From NCBI RefSeq assembly GCF_018977255.1, contig NW_024704772.1, positions 868,001 through 932,000 of the forward strand: a stretch of 64,000 bases of DNA, in the 5' to 3' direction. This DNA comes from Callorhinchus milii (taxonomy: Eukaryota). The notes below the pieces were generated by a model. The model ran no database searches and had not been told where the DNA came from. It saw only the letters and a program-made list of their open reading frames with translations. Position numbers and translations under genes: made by a program. Shown in pieces: positions 13,501 to 36,005 of the stretch (its first letter is position 1; each line of letters begins with the position of its first letter).

Positions 13501-15716
13501 AGTGGAGACTTGGCAAGATCCCAGCAGGATTTGGTAGGGGCGGAGGAGAGGGAGGAGGAAAGGAAGGCAAGGATTTGTTTGACAGTGTCTGTGTGTATGT
13601 GCGCGGTGTCAGCCAGTGCAGAGACTTCGCTTACCGGATGGGAGCTAGCTGGGTTCTTTAAAAATAACCAGAAGAATGTATTTTTGTGCAAATCAGGACA
13701 CTGCAGGGCAACATGAAGGTGAAAGCGGGGCTGTGGAGCGGGGTGTGAACCAGGGCAGCACTGGCAAGCCAATCACAGGCCTGCTCCACATCCGGTCCTC
13801 AACTCAACTCCCCACCAGCACAGGGACAGGTATATACAGCGACACACCCTACAGGCACAGTGACAGGTACACATACCTACACTCACCCTACAGTCACACA
13901 CCTATAGTCACACACTGACAGTCATAGTGACAGATAATTAATAATAATAATTCTTGCATCTGATATAGCGCCTTATCACGTCTTCGGGATGTCTTAAAAG
14001 CGCTTCACAGGATACACTATAAAGTGAGTTGACACACCCACACACCTAGTCACGGGGACAAGCGCACACCCCCACACGCACAAATATATAACATGTGCAA
14101 ATGCACATACGCAGGCGTGTGAAAATACACGCACGCAAGCGCACACACACACACACACGTTTAAACATGTGTCCAGCGGGAGGCTGCTGGTGTGTGCTGG
14201 GCAGTGGGGATTTTGAGACTGATGTCAGTGCCCGCACTGCCCCTGCCCACTGGGGAGCTAGCAGCTAAACAGCACAGGCCGGGCAAGGCAGAGCAGGGAG
14301 CCTGGCACCTTCCCTGAGGGGCTGTGCAGCCCACAGCAGTCAGCGAGCAATAGCAGTGAGAGCAGAGCCACTGCCCGTGTCGGGGAGGAGAGGCGATGGC
14401 GGGTAGAACAGAGACGCTTTGCTGCCCCCTGGAGACCGCACTGTGGCGGTGCGCGTGAACAGCACATCACAGTCACCAGAGGCAACGGACACGGAAGGAA
14501 TTTAAAGCACAAATTACTGCGGGTTAAGAGAGTACAGCCATTTCACACACAGCACATCACAGCGAGGCAGCCACGACCCCATTCACCAGCAGTAAGAGAC
14601 TCTCAGACGCTGGGAGAGGCAAAACACAACAAACAACAACGCGTCTGTTCAATACAGCGCCTTATCATGTGGTCACAATGTCTCGAAGCGTTCGGTGGGT
14701 ATTTTACTGTCGAGTACAGAGGCTGTGTGTGTTTTGCAGGCAAACATGGCAGTGAATTTGCACACAGCAGTGTCCCGCAAACACTCGTGGATTGAGTGAG
14801 GGATTATTATTAGCAATCAACTATCAACCACGTTCCTATTTACTGCTCGGTAAAGAGGCAGCGTGTGGAGTGAGGAAACTTGCCTAAGGTTTCACCCTGC
14901 CCCGCCCGGGAATTAAACTCGGGTCCTCTCACTAGCGAGGCGAGCGCGCTAACCATTACGCTACAGGACACCACGGGAGTGCCTGGCATTACTGCGTAAG
15001 AATTCTCTCTCAAGAAAATAAAAATGTCTTCACCTCTTTCGTTGCTCCTGTTTTACGAGAGGGCAGAGCGAGTGAGAGAGGGAGGAAGGAAGGGGACGAG
15101 GGAGTGAGAGAAGGAGCGTGTGAAGCATGCTCTCCTCTTGCAGGCCCTCTGATAATTCACGCCGTCTCCCTTTGCCTAATCTCCATAGCCATAGCCTGAG
15201 CCTCTGTGCGATAAAATGCAACGGTTCCTGGTAAGAAAGCTGTGACTAAAGAGGGACAAAATAAAAATATTCACTCCGAAACATATCACATAAAAGTGTG
15301 TGTTTTTTTAATTTAACGTGCCACGTTTTTGCGATAAGCGAAAACCTAAATAAGAATAAATCGCAGGGTTTAAATAACAAGAATCCCAGCCCCGCCCTGC
15401 CTGCCCGCTGCTGGGAACAGACAGGCAAGCGCAGCACTTCAGAATTAGGAGCTACAAATGCCTGTCGATCGCCAGGCTGCATTGGCAGGGCAGCGGGTAG
15501 GGCAACGAGCACACAGAGCAGCAGCGCACAGGGCAACAGCACGAACTTCAATAGGTTATGGGACGGTCGTGGTTGGATCTGAGATAATATTTAGACACTG
15601 CTGATTAGATTGGTTGAGAGTTAAGCGCTCTGAGACTCTGCCCCGCGTGAATGCAAGTTGTTGTTGTTGTTGTGCAGGGCAGTAGTATTGCTGACGTCAA
15701 GGCTTGTCTCTGTCCG

Positions 15717-18700
15717 TCATACCAGGGATTTGACCAGCTCCACTCTCTCCTCATACATGCGGTGAAAGGCTCTGGCCAGGCTGTGGAAGGGAGTTTCGTA
15801 ATTCTCCATTTCTTTCTGAAGAGAACACACAGGCATGCAACAACAAACAACGTTTGTACAGCGCCTTTCACCTCAGGAGGCCGTCTCAAAGCGCTTCACA
15901 CCACACGCTGTAAAGTGCACTCACTACATAGCTGTAGGCAGCCCAGAAACACATAGCAAGAGCCCCACAAACAGCCGTAAAACTATCGAACTACCTATTT
16001 TATCTAACAGGGATTATTGGCAATAGAGCATGCAGTAAGCCTTGAGGCAAGCGTTGAAGGAGGGGAGGGAGGGAGGGTGAGAGGGAGGCAGGGAGAGAGA
16101 GAAGGAGAGCGAGAAGGAGCCCGTCAGTGAGACAGAGAGCAGGTTCAGTGTGGATGAAAGTCCAGCCACAGATGATGGGTGAGTTAGGTGCTGCAATGGG
16201 GGAAACCAGACTTGTACGTGGATCTGTGTACTTACTGCCGAGGTCTCGAAGTACTCCAAGCCCTGACTGGCTGCCCACTCCTCGGCCTCCTTGTACTCCA
16301 CTGTGCGCCTGGCGGCCAGGTCTGTCTTGTTCCCCACGAGGACCGCTACAAAGCAATGACATTACAGGAGTTTATCCTCTGCTCAGTGGGCTCTGGGCTG
16401 CCCCATGTCCCCTGCCTTGCCTGCCCACCATCGGCAGTTGGGTCTTCAGTCTCTCTGCCCCCACCCTTCGGAACTCCATCCCGAAGACCCTCTACCTCGC
16501 CCGCTCTCCCTTGCCTCCTTCAAGGCAAGTCTCAAGATCTTCCTCTTTGACCCCGCCTTCGGTCACCCTCCTAACTCCACCCTCCCTGCCCTCCACCCCC
16601 CCTGAACCCAACCACCAGATTGGATCCAAACCCTTAACTGTCCAGTACCTTGGGACGTCTTCCCGATGTGAAAGCTGCTGTGTAAATCTAATTAGTTGTT
16701 GTCGAGTCTTCCCCGAACCCCGCGCTCTCCCCCTACCCACACTCTCCCATCCCCTTCTCCCTCGTATCTGCAGTGACAGGACACTGACCTGGGAGCTGCC
16801 CCCCTGGGGCCTGGGCTCGGGCTCGCTCCAACCACTTGGAGCAGCTGTTGAAGGACACCTCGTTGGTAATGTCGTACACAAGGCACAGAGCCCCCGAGTT
16901 CTCCCACTGACAACACAATACAAGCCAGTCACACACCGAGGCCAACCTCGCTTACTAGCAACGACAGAAAGAATTTGTATTTCTGGGGTACTTTTGACGT
17001 ATCAAAACAATTCATATAATAACAATTCACCCAACAACACACAACAAGAGCCCCACAAACAGCCATAAAACTATCGAACTACCTATTTTATCTAAGGGGG
17101 ATTGATGGCAGGAGAGCATGGGATAAGCCTTGAGGCATGCTTTAAAGGAGGGAAGGGAGGGAAGGAGAGCGTCAGTGAGACAGAGAGCAGGTTCAATGTG
17201 GATGAAAGTCCAGCCAAAGATGGTGGGTGAGTTGGATGCAGTAGTGATGGAGATGAGACTTGACATGATTCTGTGTACTTATTACCGATATCTATAACAA
17301 TTTGCCCACAAACACACAGTCGATTCACTTTACAGCATATCCTGTGAAGGGCTTTGGGACGTCTCGACAATGTGATAAGGCGCTGTATCAAATGCCAGGA
17401 TTACAAGAATAATAATCCTTGACTTTAATATAGCGTATTATCACGTCTTCGAGACATCTCAAAGCGCTTCACACAATATGCTATAAAGTGAATTGAATGT
17501 ATAGTTTGTGGGTGAAACACATCAGCCAATTGCGCACAGCAGCGTCCCACAAACAGTCATTGATTGAGTGACCAATTATTAGCATTTTTTAAAAAAGGGG
17601 CTATTACCCCCGGAAAAGCGATCTGCCAATCTACTGACAATCGGGTTTCTGCGGTGCGGTATCAAAACACTTTATACAATAATAATAATTGCACTTGATA
17701 ATTGTATAAATGTGTATGGTACTGTACCTGCTTTGCCACCATATCATAGAAGATTTCCTTCCCTGAAGAATCCAATAAGAATAGTTCCTGTAAAGTTGGA
17801 GAGAAACACAAGGTTCAGTATCTAGGGGTTGTGTGGGATGATAATAATAATAATCCTTGCATTTGATATAGCACCTGATCAAGTCATTGAGACAGACGTC
17901 TCAAAGTGCTTCACATGATATACTGTAAAGTGGAGTGACTGTGTATGTTGTGGGCGAAACGCAACAGCAAATGCGCACAGCAGTGTCTCCACAAACAACA
18001 ACGAGATTACATTTGCATAGCGCCTTTCACGTCGGGAGGACGTCCCGAGGCGCTGACAAATAGGGATGCCCAACAACAACAGCTTGTGTTTATACAGCGC
18101 CCTTCACGGGGGGTAGCGTCGCGGAGCGCTCAGGTTAGCTCCAGGCCTGACGTTGTGAGCTGGTTAACGTGGGCGTCTTGCACTCACCACACTGTCGTTG
18201 GTGTCTGGGATGGAAACCGATTTGACAAAGACTTCCACTCCTGTGGTCTGTGAAGTGTAAAGATAGTGCATGTTTCTTAATGCTTCCGTTACCTCCTCTC
18301 TCCCCCCCCCCCCCCCCCACCCACCCACCACCACACTCTTCTCGCTTTCCCCTACCAGGCACGTACCAGGGTGTAATTCTTGGGGAAGTGAGCGCTCTCA
18401 CTCCGGAACACTTGTGCCAGGGCGCTTTTCCCAACAGCGGGATCTCCTGGGGAAACAAACAAGAAGATGGGGGCAGCAGCACTGTGCGGTGTGGGCGGTG
18501 GTGGGGGGGTGGGGGAAAGAGTACAGGCCAACGCTGGGAGCAATGTCACTCAGAAGGTGATACCAATAGTATCGACAATGCAACGGAAAGCACAACAGTG
18601 CGGTGGACAATGCGACAGACAACGATAATAATAATCCTCGCGTACGATACGGCGCCTTATCACAACGTCTCAAAGCGCTTCACCGTAAAGTGAACTGACT

Positions 18701-18960
18701 GTATATTTTGTGACACTGCCCCCCCTCCCACTCCACCCCCTCCAAACGTGCGGGGGGGGGGGGGAGGGAGGAGAGGTGGGGTTCGAACCCACGACCCCCA
18801 CCAAACCCAACGCCTCGGGAGGCGAGAGCGCGACCCGACCGGCACGAAACGCAAAGAGTATTATTGTCTCTTTAATCTTATCTTCGGCGTTAAAACCCCG
18901 GTCTCCGCGTCAACACGGCCGCTCACCTGCCACGATACACTTAGCCCTCAGCTTGACCAT
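15717..18960 (-). CDS. IFT27: Intraflagellar transport protein 27 (RABL4), Rab-like small GTPase, 7 coding exons, 186 aa
   Basis: GT-AG exons 18927-18960, 18367-18446, 18188-18247, 17728-17787, 16789-16906, 16236-16345, 15717-15815 join to 561 nt: [19 protein letters not shown] (G1)...DSSG (G3)...GNKTD (G4)...ETSA (G5)...VKSLV*; no C-terminal prenylation motif, as for IFT27. ATTAAA on minus strand at 15307-15312. Confidence 0.96.
16385..16700 (+). mobile_element. Second L2-clade LINE 3' end family, IFT27 intron 5
   Basis: [15 protein letters not shown] then CCAAA.CCCT.ACTGTCCAG..CCTTGGGACGTC.TCCCGA.GTGAAAG and (TTG)n; further copies at ~9885-10075, 11485-11730, 35020-35200, 49855-50120, 58895-59130. 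Confidence 0.75.
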
Positions 18961-19419
18961 GTCTGCACGGGTCACTGCTCTCTGGTTAGACGAGTCAACA
19001 CTTCAACCCCCCCCCCACACAGCGCCACCCCCGTCTGTCTATCCCTGGGTCACTGCTCGCGGGTTAGGCCGGTCAACGTATAACCAGCCGCGGAGGGTAA
19101 CCGCACGCTCTGGTCGCTGCTCGTTCGTGAGGCGGGTGGACACACCGTCAGCCACAGCCACAGCCCCAGTCAGTCCCTGCTCACTAGTTATGTTAGTTAA
19201 CACCTAACCAGCCCGAGACCCACACAACCAGCCCCAGCCCCCGCCTGCCCAAGGCTCGTCATGCAGGCAATGTGGCAGAGCTCCGGCCTGTCCCTGACTA
19301 GTTAACACACAACCAGCCCCAGCCTGTCCCTGGTTACTGGCTGACTAGTTAGACTAGTTAACACATTAACCACACACACACACACAGCCCCAGTCAGCTC
19401 CTGTCTGTCCCCCTGGTTA

Positions 19420-19560
19420 CTGCCTCCCTAGCAACGCCGACTTCTCCCCCCCCCCCCCGGGCGCCCTCCTCTCCTCCACGCCCATTGGCCATCACGCCCG
19501 TCGCTCATACAATCCTTGCTGGCCATTGGTCCCTCGCCCCCTTGCCCCGCCCCCGCTCGC
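19420..19560 (-). promoter_or_regulatory. IFT27 proximal promoter: RFX X-box-like site, two CCAAT boxes, GC box, at the edge of a CpG island
   Basis: GCCTCCCTAGCAAC at 19422-19435; ATTGG at 19484-19488 and 19525-19529; CCCCGCCCCC at 19545-19554; CpG-rich sequence ~19400-20350. Confidence 0.65.
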
Positions 19561-21918
19561 CCGCCCAACCGCCAACCCGGGGTCCTCAGTTTGAAAATGT
19601 AGGTGGCCAGGTCAGGCGCCTGTGAGTGGGTGGGGGAGCAGCTCACTTTTATTTTTATTTTTATTACTACGAGCACTAAACCGGATTACGGGTGGGATTT
19701 GTTTTTGATTGCGGCCGTTTCCGTTTCTTTCCGCCGATGGCCCCCCACAAACCGTCCGCAATCGGGCACGTCGCCCGGACACCCAACGGGCACAGCACCA
19801 CACGTCCGACGTGGTCAGCGTTGGCCGGAGAAGAAAAAAAGGCGTCAAAAACAACGAGGAGGATAGTTCGGTCACTTCGGTCCGCGGCCGCCGCGCGGGG
19901 CAGGTCGCCGGGCGCAACCGGCCGCTGGCGCTTGGCCCGCGAGACACACAGTCACTACGCTTTACAGCGGATCCTGGGAAGCACTTCGAGACGCCTCGAG
20001 GACGCGATAAGCCGCCGGGTTCAAACGCCGGAGATTATCATCGCCGCTATCACGATAACTTCCACCCGAACGATGACCGGAAGTTTCGCGCCGCGCCTCG
20101 AGCCCCCCCCCCTGTCGCTCAGCGAGCGGTCAGCGGGCTCGTCGCTCCTCGCGGGGGGGGCGCGAGAGACCCCGGGTTCCGATCCCCGGCCGGTCAGGGC
20201 GAGACCCCGGGCACGTGTCCTTACTCCACCCACACACACGCCCACACGCCCGACAGTAAATAATCCCTCAAGCACGAGATAAAATAAATAATAAATCGGG
20301 TCACTTCAACCCGCGACTCGTTTGCGGGGTCGCTGCCGTTGCCCAATCGGCCGCCGGGTTTCGCCCTCCCCCAAATACAGTCACTACGCTTTACTGTGTA
20401 CATTGTGCGAAGCACCTTTGAGACACCTCGATCAGGCGCTGCATCAAAACGCACGGCGAGACCTCTCCAAGGTGCTTCACCGGACACACTGTAAAGTGGA
20501 GTGACTTGTGCATGACAAGTAATATTATCGAATGCAAGTATTATTACTGCCTTAACCGTCAAACCCTTGTCGCCAGCGACACACTAACCCACTGTCCCGA
20601 AGCAATAAGGAACTATAAAAATCAGGTTTGAACAGAGAAAAACCCAAGGCAGTGCTGCAGCTCTCTTGAAGCAGCCACGCAACCTCCCACCCTGCAGCAC
20701 TGTAGCATTGAACAGGCAAAAATAAAATGCCCCCCCACCCCCCCCACACTCCTGGGGGTGGGCAGCCGACGACGTTTAATTCTATTCACGAAGCTGCTTT
20801 ACCCTCGTATCGTTTCGGCCGCAAAAATAAACCGATCCGCATTTGTAACGCATACCGCGAAACACTTTTTGAGACGCCTCGACAACACGATAAGACGCTA
20901 CACCACATTCAGTTACTACTGTGTCTGTAATCATCTTCAGAGGCCAATGCCAACGCATGTCAAGAGCTTAACCCTGCTGTTGTGGTTGTGTGTGTGTGCG
21001 TGTGTGTGTGTGTGGTGGGGGGGGGGGGGGTAGAAGTACTTAGGCACTCAAGTCTTGTGTCCATTTGAGACCTGGGGGAAAACTCTTGCAAGCGGAGAAA
21101 CTCGATTGCAAAAAGCACCCAATTGTTCCCAGGTCTGTTATTGCACTGATTCACACTCGACTGAACAGGCAATCAGAAAGATTGTACACGCACAATATCA
21201 CACACAGATGAATTCGATCCGCGCAGCAAAACAAATCGAGCTTCGGAAGGGAATTCTCAAGCGAGGTCCCGTCTCAGCCAGAGATTGATGGAAACGGTTA
21301 AGCCTCGACAGTCGGGATTTACTTCCAAGCAATAAAAGGAAATTGCTTCTAACTACATTGGTTGTGCAGCTAACAACTGGGCTCCCCCAAGCCATGGTTC
21401 TCCCCAACCCACGCCTAATAATGTCCGTAATTAGGCAAGCAAAATGCATGCCTCTAGAGTGCGCGTTCCCTCCCAACAATCCTTTTACAGGAATATCAAT
21501 CAACTGCCACGTTTGCCCACAAAACATAGTCAATTCACCTCACAGTATACTCCGTGAAGCGCTTTGAGACATCTCAAAGACGTGATAATGCGCTGTATCA
21601 AATGCAAGTATTATTATTTCTATGTGCAGGCGGGATGCATGGAATTCTCAGTTGGGTTTGGATGCTCAATCCACCAGCGATTATTATTATTATTATTATT
21701 ATTATTAAGCACAGTGATGGGTTTCCACACGCGTTAAGACATTGGGCTGACCAAAATAAAATAGAAGCAACCCATTGGCGCCTGACTTTGTCACACCCAT
21801 CCGCTGCACTATTGGTAAGTGGACAAGATGGCCACACTGAGTTCTTAAAAGAAATTTATTAAGATGGTCACAACAACGCTGAACATCGTCAGGTGGGCAG
21901 GGGGCTCTGGATGCCAGC

Positions 21919-30916
<8,998 letters not shown>

Positions 30917-30936
30917 CTCGTCAAGATGTCCGGCCC

Positions 30937-31075
30937 GAGAGAGGGAGCTGCCGCTCGCCGCCGCCTTTTATACCCTCCTTCCCCGCCCTCTCCTCGTGCG
31001 TCACTTCCTGAGCGCCCGCGGCCCGCCCCCCCCCCCAGCTCGGCTTCAGCAGGCCCCCCCCGGTCACGTGGTCGC
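30937..31075 (-). promoter_or_regulatory. RPL3 core promoter: 5'TOP/TCT pyrimidine tract, TATA box, ETS/GABP site, E-box, in a CpG island
   Basis: Minus strand: CTCCCTCTCTC at 30947-30937, about 20 nt upstream of the ATG; TATAAAA at 30972-30966; CAGGAAGTGA at ~31001-31010; GTCACGTG at ~31063-31070; YY1-like AAAATGGAGGC in intron 1 near 30745-30755. Typical ribosomal-protein promoter. Confidence 0.8.
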
Positions 31076-31802
31076 CGGTCCCGTGGGACCACTGCCACTC
31101 GCCCCGTACCCGGTATAACGCATAATCGCTCACGCCAGACAGCGTCCGGTCACAGCCGCACCACCAAACCAACCCGCACCCAACAATTCATTAATCAATC
31201 AATCGATCGATCGATTAATGGTCCCCGGCCCGATTTTTGACGCAGGAGCGGTTTTTTTTCCCCGCGTCTGTTCGACGTCTCGCAGCGCTTCGCGGAATAA
31301 GAACTGTAAAGTGAATTGACCGTATATACTACTACTACTACTACTAATAATAATAATAATCCTCGCGTTTGATATAGCGCCTCATCACGTCTTCGAGACG
31401 TCTCAAAGCGCTTCGCAGGATGTACTGTAAAGTGAAGTGACTGTGTATTTTGTGGGTGGAAAGTGGCAGCCGATTGTGCTAATTGCACAGTGTCCCACAA
31501 ACAGTCACGATTGAGTGACCAAACAATGATTATTATTTTATAATTATAATTTTTTTGGAGGGATTATTATCCCTGAAAAAGTGATCGCCAAATGACTAGC
31601 AATCAGGTTTTGCCCTGCCCAGTAATAAAATCCAGGTCCTCTCGCTTACGAGGCGAGTGCTCTAAACACTACACTACAGGACTCAATTATTACAGTACGT
31701 CACCCTATGCAATAACATATAATAAACAAACAATAGAAACATGTTTATAGATAAGAACATACGTATATTGCCGTCATTATGATATGATATGATATTACGG
31801 TG

Positions 31803-32125
31803 TGTCAGCCTGACTCAGTGGTAGCTCTCACCTCTGAGTCAGAAGATTGTGGGTCGGAACTTTGAATCACACAGTCTAAGCTGATGCTCCGATCCAGCGC
31901 TGTGGGGGGTGGTGGGGGGGTGAGTGTTGCATTATTAGAAGTGCCGTCCTTCAGATGAGATGTTAAGCCGAGGTCCTGTCTGCTTGTTCAGGTGGACGTT
32001 AAAGATCTCCTGCGGCTCTATTGGAAAAGAGAAGGGAGTTTGCCTCTCTCTCCCGGCGTCCTGGCCAACCATCTCTCAAATAAAATCTGTCACTCACTCT
32101 ATAGCTGTTTGTGGGACATTGCTAT
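31803..32125 (+). mobile_element. Older SacSINE1/AmnSINE-like DeuSINE with a full Deu domain, between the RPL3 and SYNGR1 promoters
   Basis: GTGCCGTCCTTCAGATGAGATGTTAAGCCGAGG...CAGGTGGACGTTAAAGATC...CCTGGCCAA...GCTGTTTGTGGG. Related copies ~1600-1830(-), 29110-29390(-), 60610-60770(-). Confidence 0.75.
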
Positions 32126-33018
32126 TCAACGACAACCACAAAAAAAATCCAGAATTATAAATATATTTTGACATATATGTTTTGGATGTTTACACCATAA
32201 TTTATTATCAAGTACCATAATATGTGATACTTAAGCACAACTTGTTCAATTTTGTTAAAATATAAAAACCCTCAAATACAGAATTATATTTAGTCATTTT
32301 AATAAAATAACTAAATATAATTCTCTATTTGAGGGGTTTTATATAAAAAATACAGTTTGGAATACATTTTATATAAAACGTCCGGCAATATATTAGTTGC
32401 AATTTGCAGTATAAGTATACATTGTTTAGCAATTTGCAATATATTAGATATAACAACAACAAAATTACATTTGTACAGCACCTTTCACGTCGGGAGGATG
32501 TTCAAAGGCACTGGACAGTCAGTGTTTTGGACCTTATATGATAAAGCACAATATCAAATGCAAAGATTATTATTATTATACATTGGTTAGCAATTTGCAA
32601 TCCGGCAACAAAATGTACAGTCAGTTTACATTCACAGTCTATCCTGTGAAGTGCTTTGAGACGTCTCGAAGACACCATAAAGCACTGTATCAAATGCGAG
32701 GATTTTATTACTATTATATTCTTATCATTTTTGTACAAATCGCAAATTCAAAGCAATGCAATATTCTTTATTTCCCCCTCCTTTTTGCATGTTGCTTGCG
32801 AGCTGTGTTTTAGTCATTCAACTGTGCTTTAAACTGTGGCTGACTGACTGAAGTGAGACACACACCCACACACACACACATATATATATACACACACATA
32901 CACATTGTTGTACCAGAGCATTGCAATTCCCATTGCCTTGCACTAGGGACAGATTGATAGAGAGAGAGAGAGAGAGACAGAGAGAGAAGAGAGGCAGAAT
33001 AACAGCAGCAGCAGGAAG

Positions 33019-35970
33019 ATGGAGACAGCTTATGGTGCAGGGAGAGCTGGGGGAGCTTTTGATCCTATCACCTTCATTAAACAGCCCCAGAGCATTGTGA
33101 GGGCTGTGTGTTGGGTGAGTATTTATTTTCCTAGGGAGGGAATTCAACGAAATCTGTTGAGAGAAAGAGGGAGAGGTGGTGGTGGTGGGGGGGGGAATGA
33201 GTGTGTGGTGGGAGAAAAGAGATGGATTTGGAGAGGGAGGCAGAGAGATGGCTTGCAATGCCTTGTATTGGAAGAAGGTCCAATAGACACGGAGATAGAG
33301 AGAGACTGAGCAATGTCATAGCAGTCATTCCACTTAATGCAATGGTAACCCCACCATTGTTCAGCTCCTGCTGTTTGCAGGTTGATTTGCAAGTTGACTT
33401 TCAATTCTATCCTTTTTTGGGGGGTCTTCACCTTTATCTCTACCTCCTCCCCTCCCTTCCTTATTTTTTACTCTAGGGAGAGAGAGAGAGAGAAAGAAAG
33501 GGGGAAGGAGGGTTTAAATCTCAGACATACGAGAGAGATAGAGAGAGATAGAGAAGATGGGAAGAGAGAGAAAAAAGGAGAGATAAGGTGGAGAGAGGGA
33601 GAAAGAAAGGTGGGGAGAAGGAGGAAAGGGGGAAGAGAGATAGAAAAGGGAGAGAGAAAGAGAGAAGGGGGTAAGAGAGGAGGAGGGGGTGAGAGGGGGA
33701 AAAAAGGGGGACAGAGGAGAGAGAGAAAAGGGGGGGGGTGAGGGGGTTAAAATCTCCTCCACACACTGTGTCTTGTGTATATAAAAACAATCCTGAGGAA
33801 GGTGTTGTGTCAATCGACATGTTCGCAATTTGTGTAGGAATCTCTCTGACCTTGGTCCCCATACACAAGAGAGAGAGAGAAAGATGTGTCTGTTTGGTTC
33901 AATGAATGTTCTTGTTCTGGGGAGAGAGATATGGAGAGAGGGGGAGGGTGGGGGGGAATAATCAAGGGTGCAAGGGATCCTTCTCAAGACTGTGTATGGG
34001 TTATTATTATTAATATTATCTATTCATTAACAAAATCTACAATCATTACACGTTACAGTATATCCCGTGAAGCGCTTTGAGATGTCTCGGCGATGTGTTA
34101 AAGCGTTATATCAAATGCAAGAATTATTATTATTATTGATGTGTAGGGAAAGGGGAAGTGAGAGGGTGAGGGTAGGGAGCGAGACAGAGAGACGGGATGT
34201 GTTTTTCTTGGGAGGGGGGGGGGGGCGCGGAAGATTTCTACGTAGACATGAGTGAGTCACGTTTCTCTCCACAATAAGGCTGTGGGGATTAGCTGGTGAG
34301 ATTGATTGGCAATGAAGGGTGGAAGGACATGCCTGCCAGTGGGCAGGTGCGAGAGAGAGACACACACACACACAGAGGCACACACAGATAGAGACACACA
34401 CAGAGGCACACACAGATAGAGAGGCACACACAGATAGAGAGAGACACACACAGATAGAGAGACAAACACACACACAGACCACACAGATAGAGACCCATAC
34501 ACACATAGAGACACACACACACAGAGACACACACACACACACACAGAGACACACACACAGATAGAGGGAGACACACACAGATAGAGACACAGATAGACAA
34601 TGACAGAGGGAGACACAGAGAGAGGGTGAGAAAGTGGGTACAGAGGTGCTCTGATTCCTCCCCAACTCCATCCCCCACTCCCCCCGAAACTTTCAGACAG
34701 TGTATAATATGAGCTTTTTGTCTGGTTTGCAAAAGTGGTTTAATTTTCGGTGAGTGGGTGAGGTTAGGCGTAGATGGGGGTGTGTGGGGTGGGGTGACAG
34801 GTTGGCGAGACAGGTGGGCAATGGCGTGCCATTGAAATGCCCAATACAGATTTGGGGAAGTAATGATTTGGGCATTCTCCCCTCTCTCTTCCTCTCTCAC
34901 TCTATCCCCTCCTCTCTCATTTCCCCCTTCTCTCCGTTCTCTTTTCCGATAGCAGGAAAGGTCTTGTGCATGTCCTTCCCTAATGGGATGGTTGATGAGA
35001 TGGTAACTTGGGCTGTCCCTCAAGACCCATCTCAAGACCCTCCTCTTTGATTGTGCCTTCGATCACCCTTCTATCTGCCCCCCTCCCCTCCACCCTTCCC
35101 GGTCCAGATCCCAAGCTCGGGTCCGAAACTCTGATTGTCCAGCGCCTTGGGACATCCTCCCAACGTGAAAGGCGCTATACAAATGTAATGTTGTTGTTGT
35201 TCTGGGTTTCGCCACACCAGAGGGAAGTAGCTCCAATGCTTATAGGCCTGTTGAGGGGGGGTGGGGGGGGAGAGAGAGTGAGAAAAGGGGGAGAGGGAGA
35301 GAAAAAGGATGGATAGAGACAGGTAGGGAGGGAGAGAAAGAGAGAGAAGGAAGAGAGGAGAAGGGACAGAGATTGGGGGTGTGGAGAGAGAGAGACAGAG
35401 CGAGAGATAAGGGATGGAGGAGAGAGAGAAGGGATGGAGGAGAGAGAGGGGAAGAGGCAGAGAAGCAAGGGCAAGGGAGAGAGAAAGAGGGAGAAAACGA
35501 GAGAGGCTGAGAGAGATGTAAAACAAATGTTTGTCCCAGGAGGGGGCTAAGACAGACAGGTCATGAGATGCTTTCGAACCCAAGGTCATCCATCATGTGA
35601 GAGCGAGTGAGGCTAATGGCTCGGCCGGGCGTGTAGTACAATAACAGCAGGAACCTTTCTTGTTCTCCCTTTCTCCCTCACTCGCTCTCTCTGACATTTA
35701 CCCAGCGGCTTTCACGTCGGGAGGACGGCCCAAGGCGCTGGGCTGGTCAGTTAGGGACTTGGACCCGGGGTGGGTGGGTGGGGTGAGCCTGACAGGGAGG
35801 CGATTTGGGGGTAATGGGGGGGCAAAGGATGGGGGGGGGGGGAGATGCTGATTCATGCATCTTGACCACCCGTGTAGTTGCTTAGCAACACTTGGTACCG
35901 ATGTCGTCACATCCCCAGAGCCTGAACTTCCATCTCATCTCATCCCGTCATCAACAACAACACATCACAT

Positions 35971-36005
<35 letters not shown>

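Noticed and set aside
1-15000. CACNG2 coding exon expected from synteny
   Set aside because: No MGLFDRG-like sequence found on either strand in the readable bases.
15246-15551. ORF with a signal-peptide-like start (MKFVLLPCALLLCVLVALPAA)
   Set aside because: The start codon is TTG, it lies in the IFT27 3'UTR, and it has no recognisable homology.
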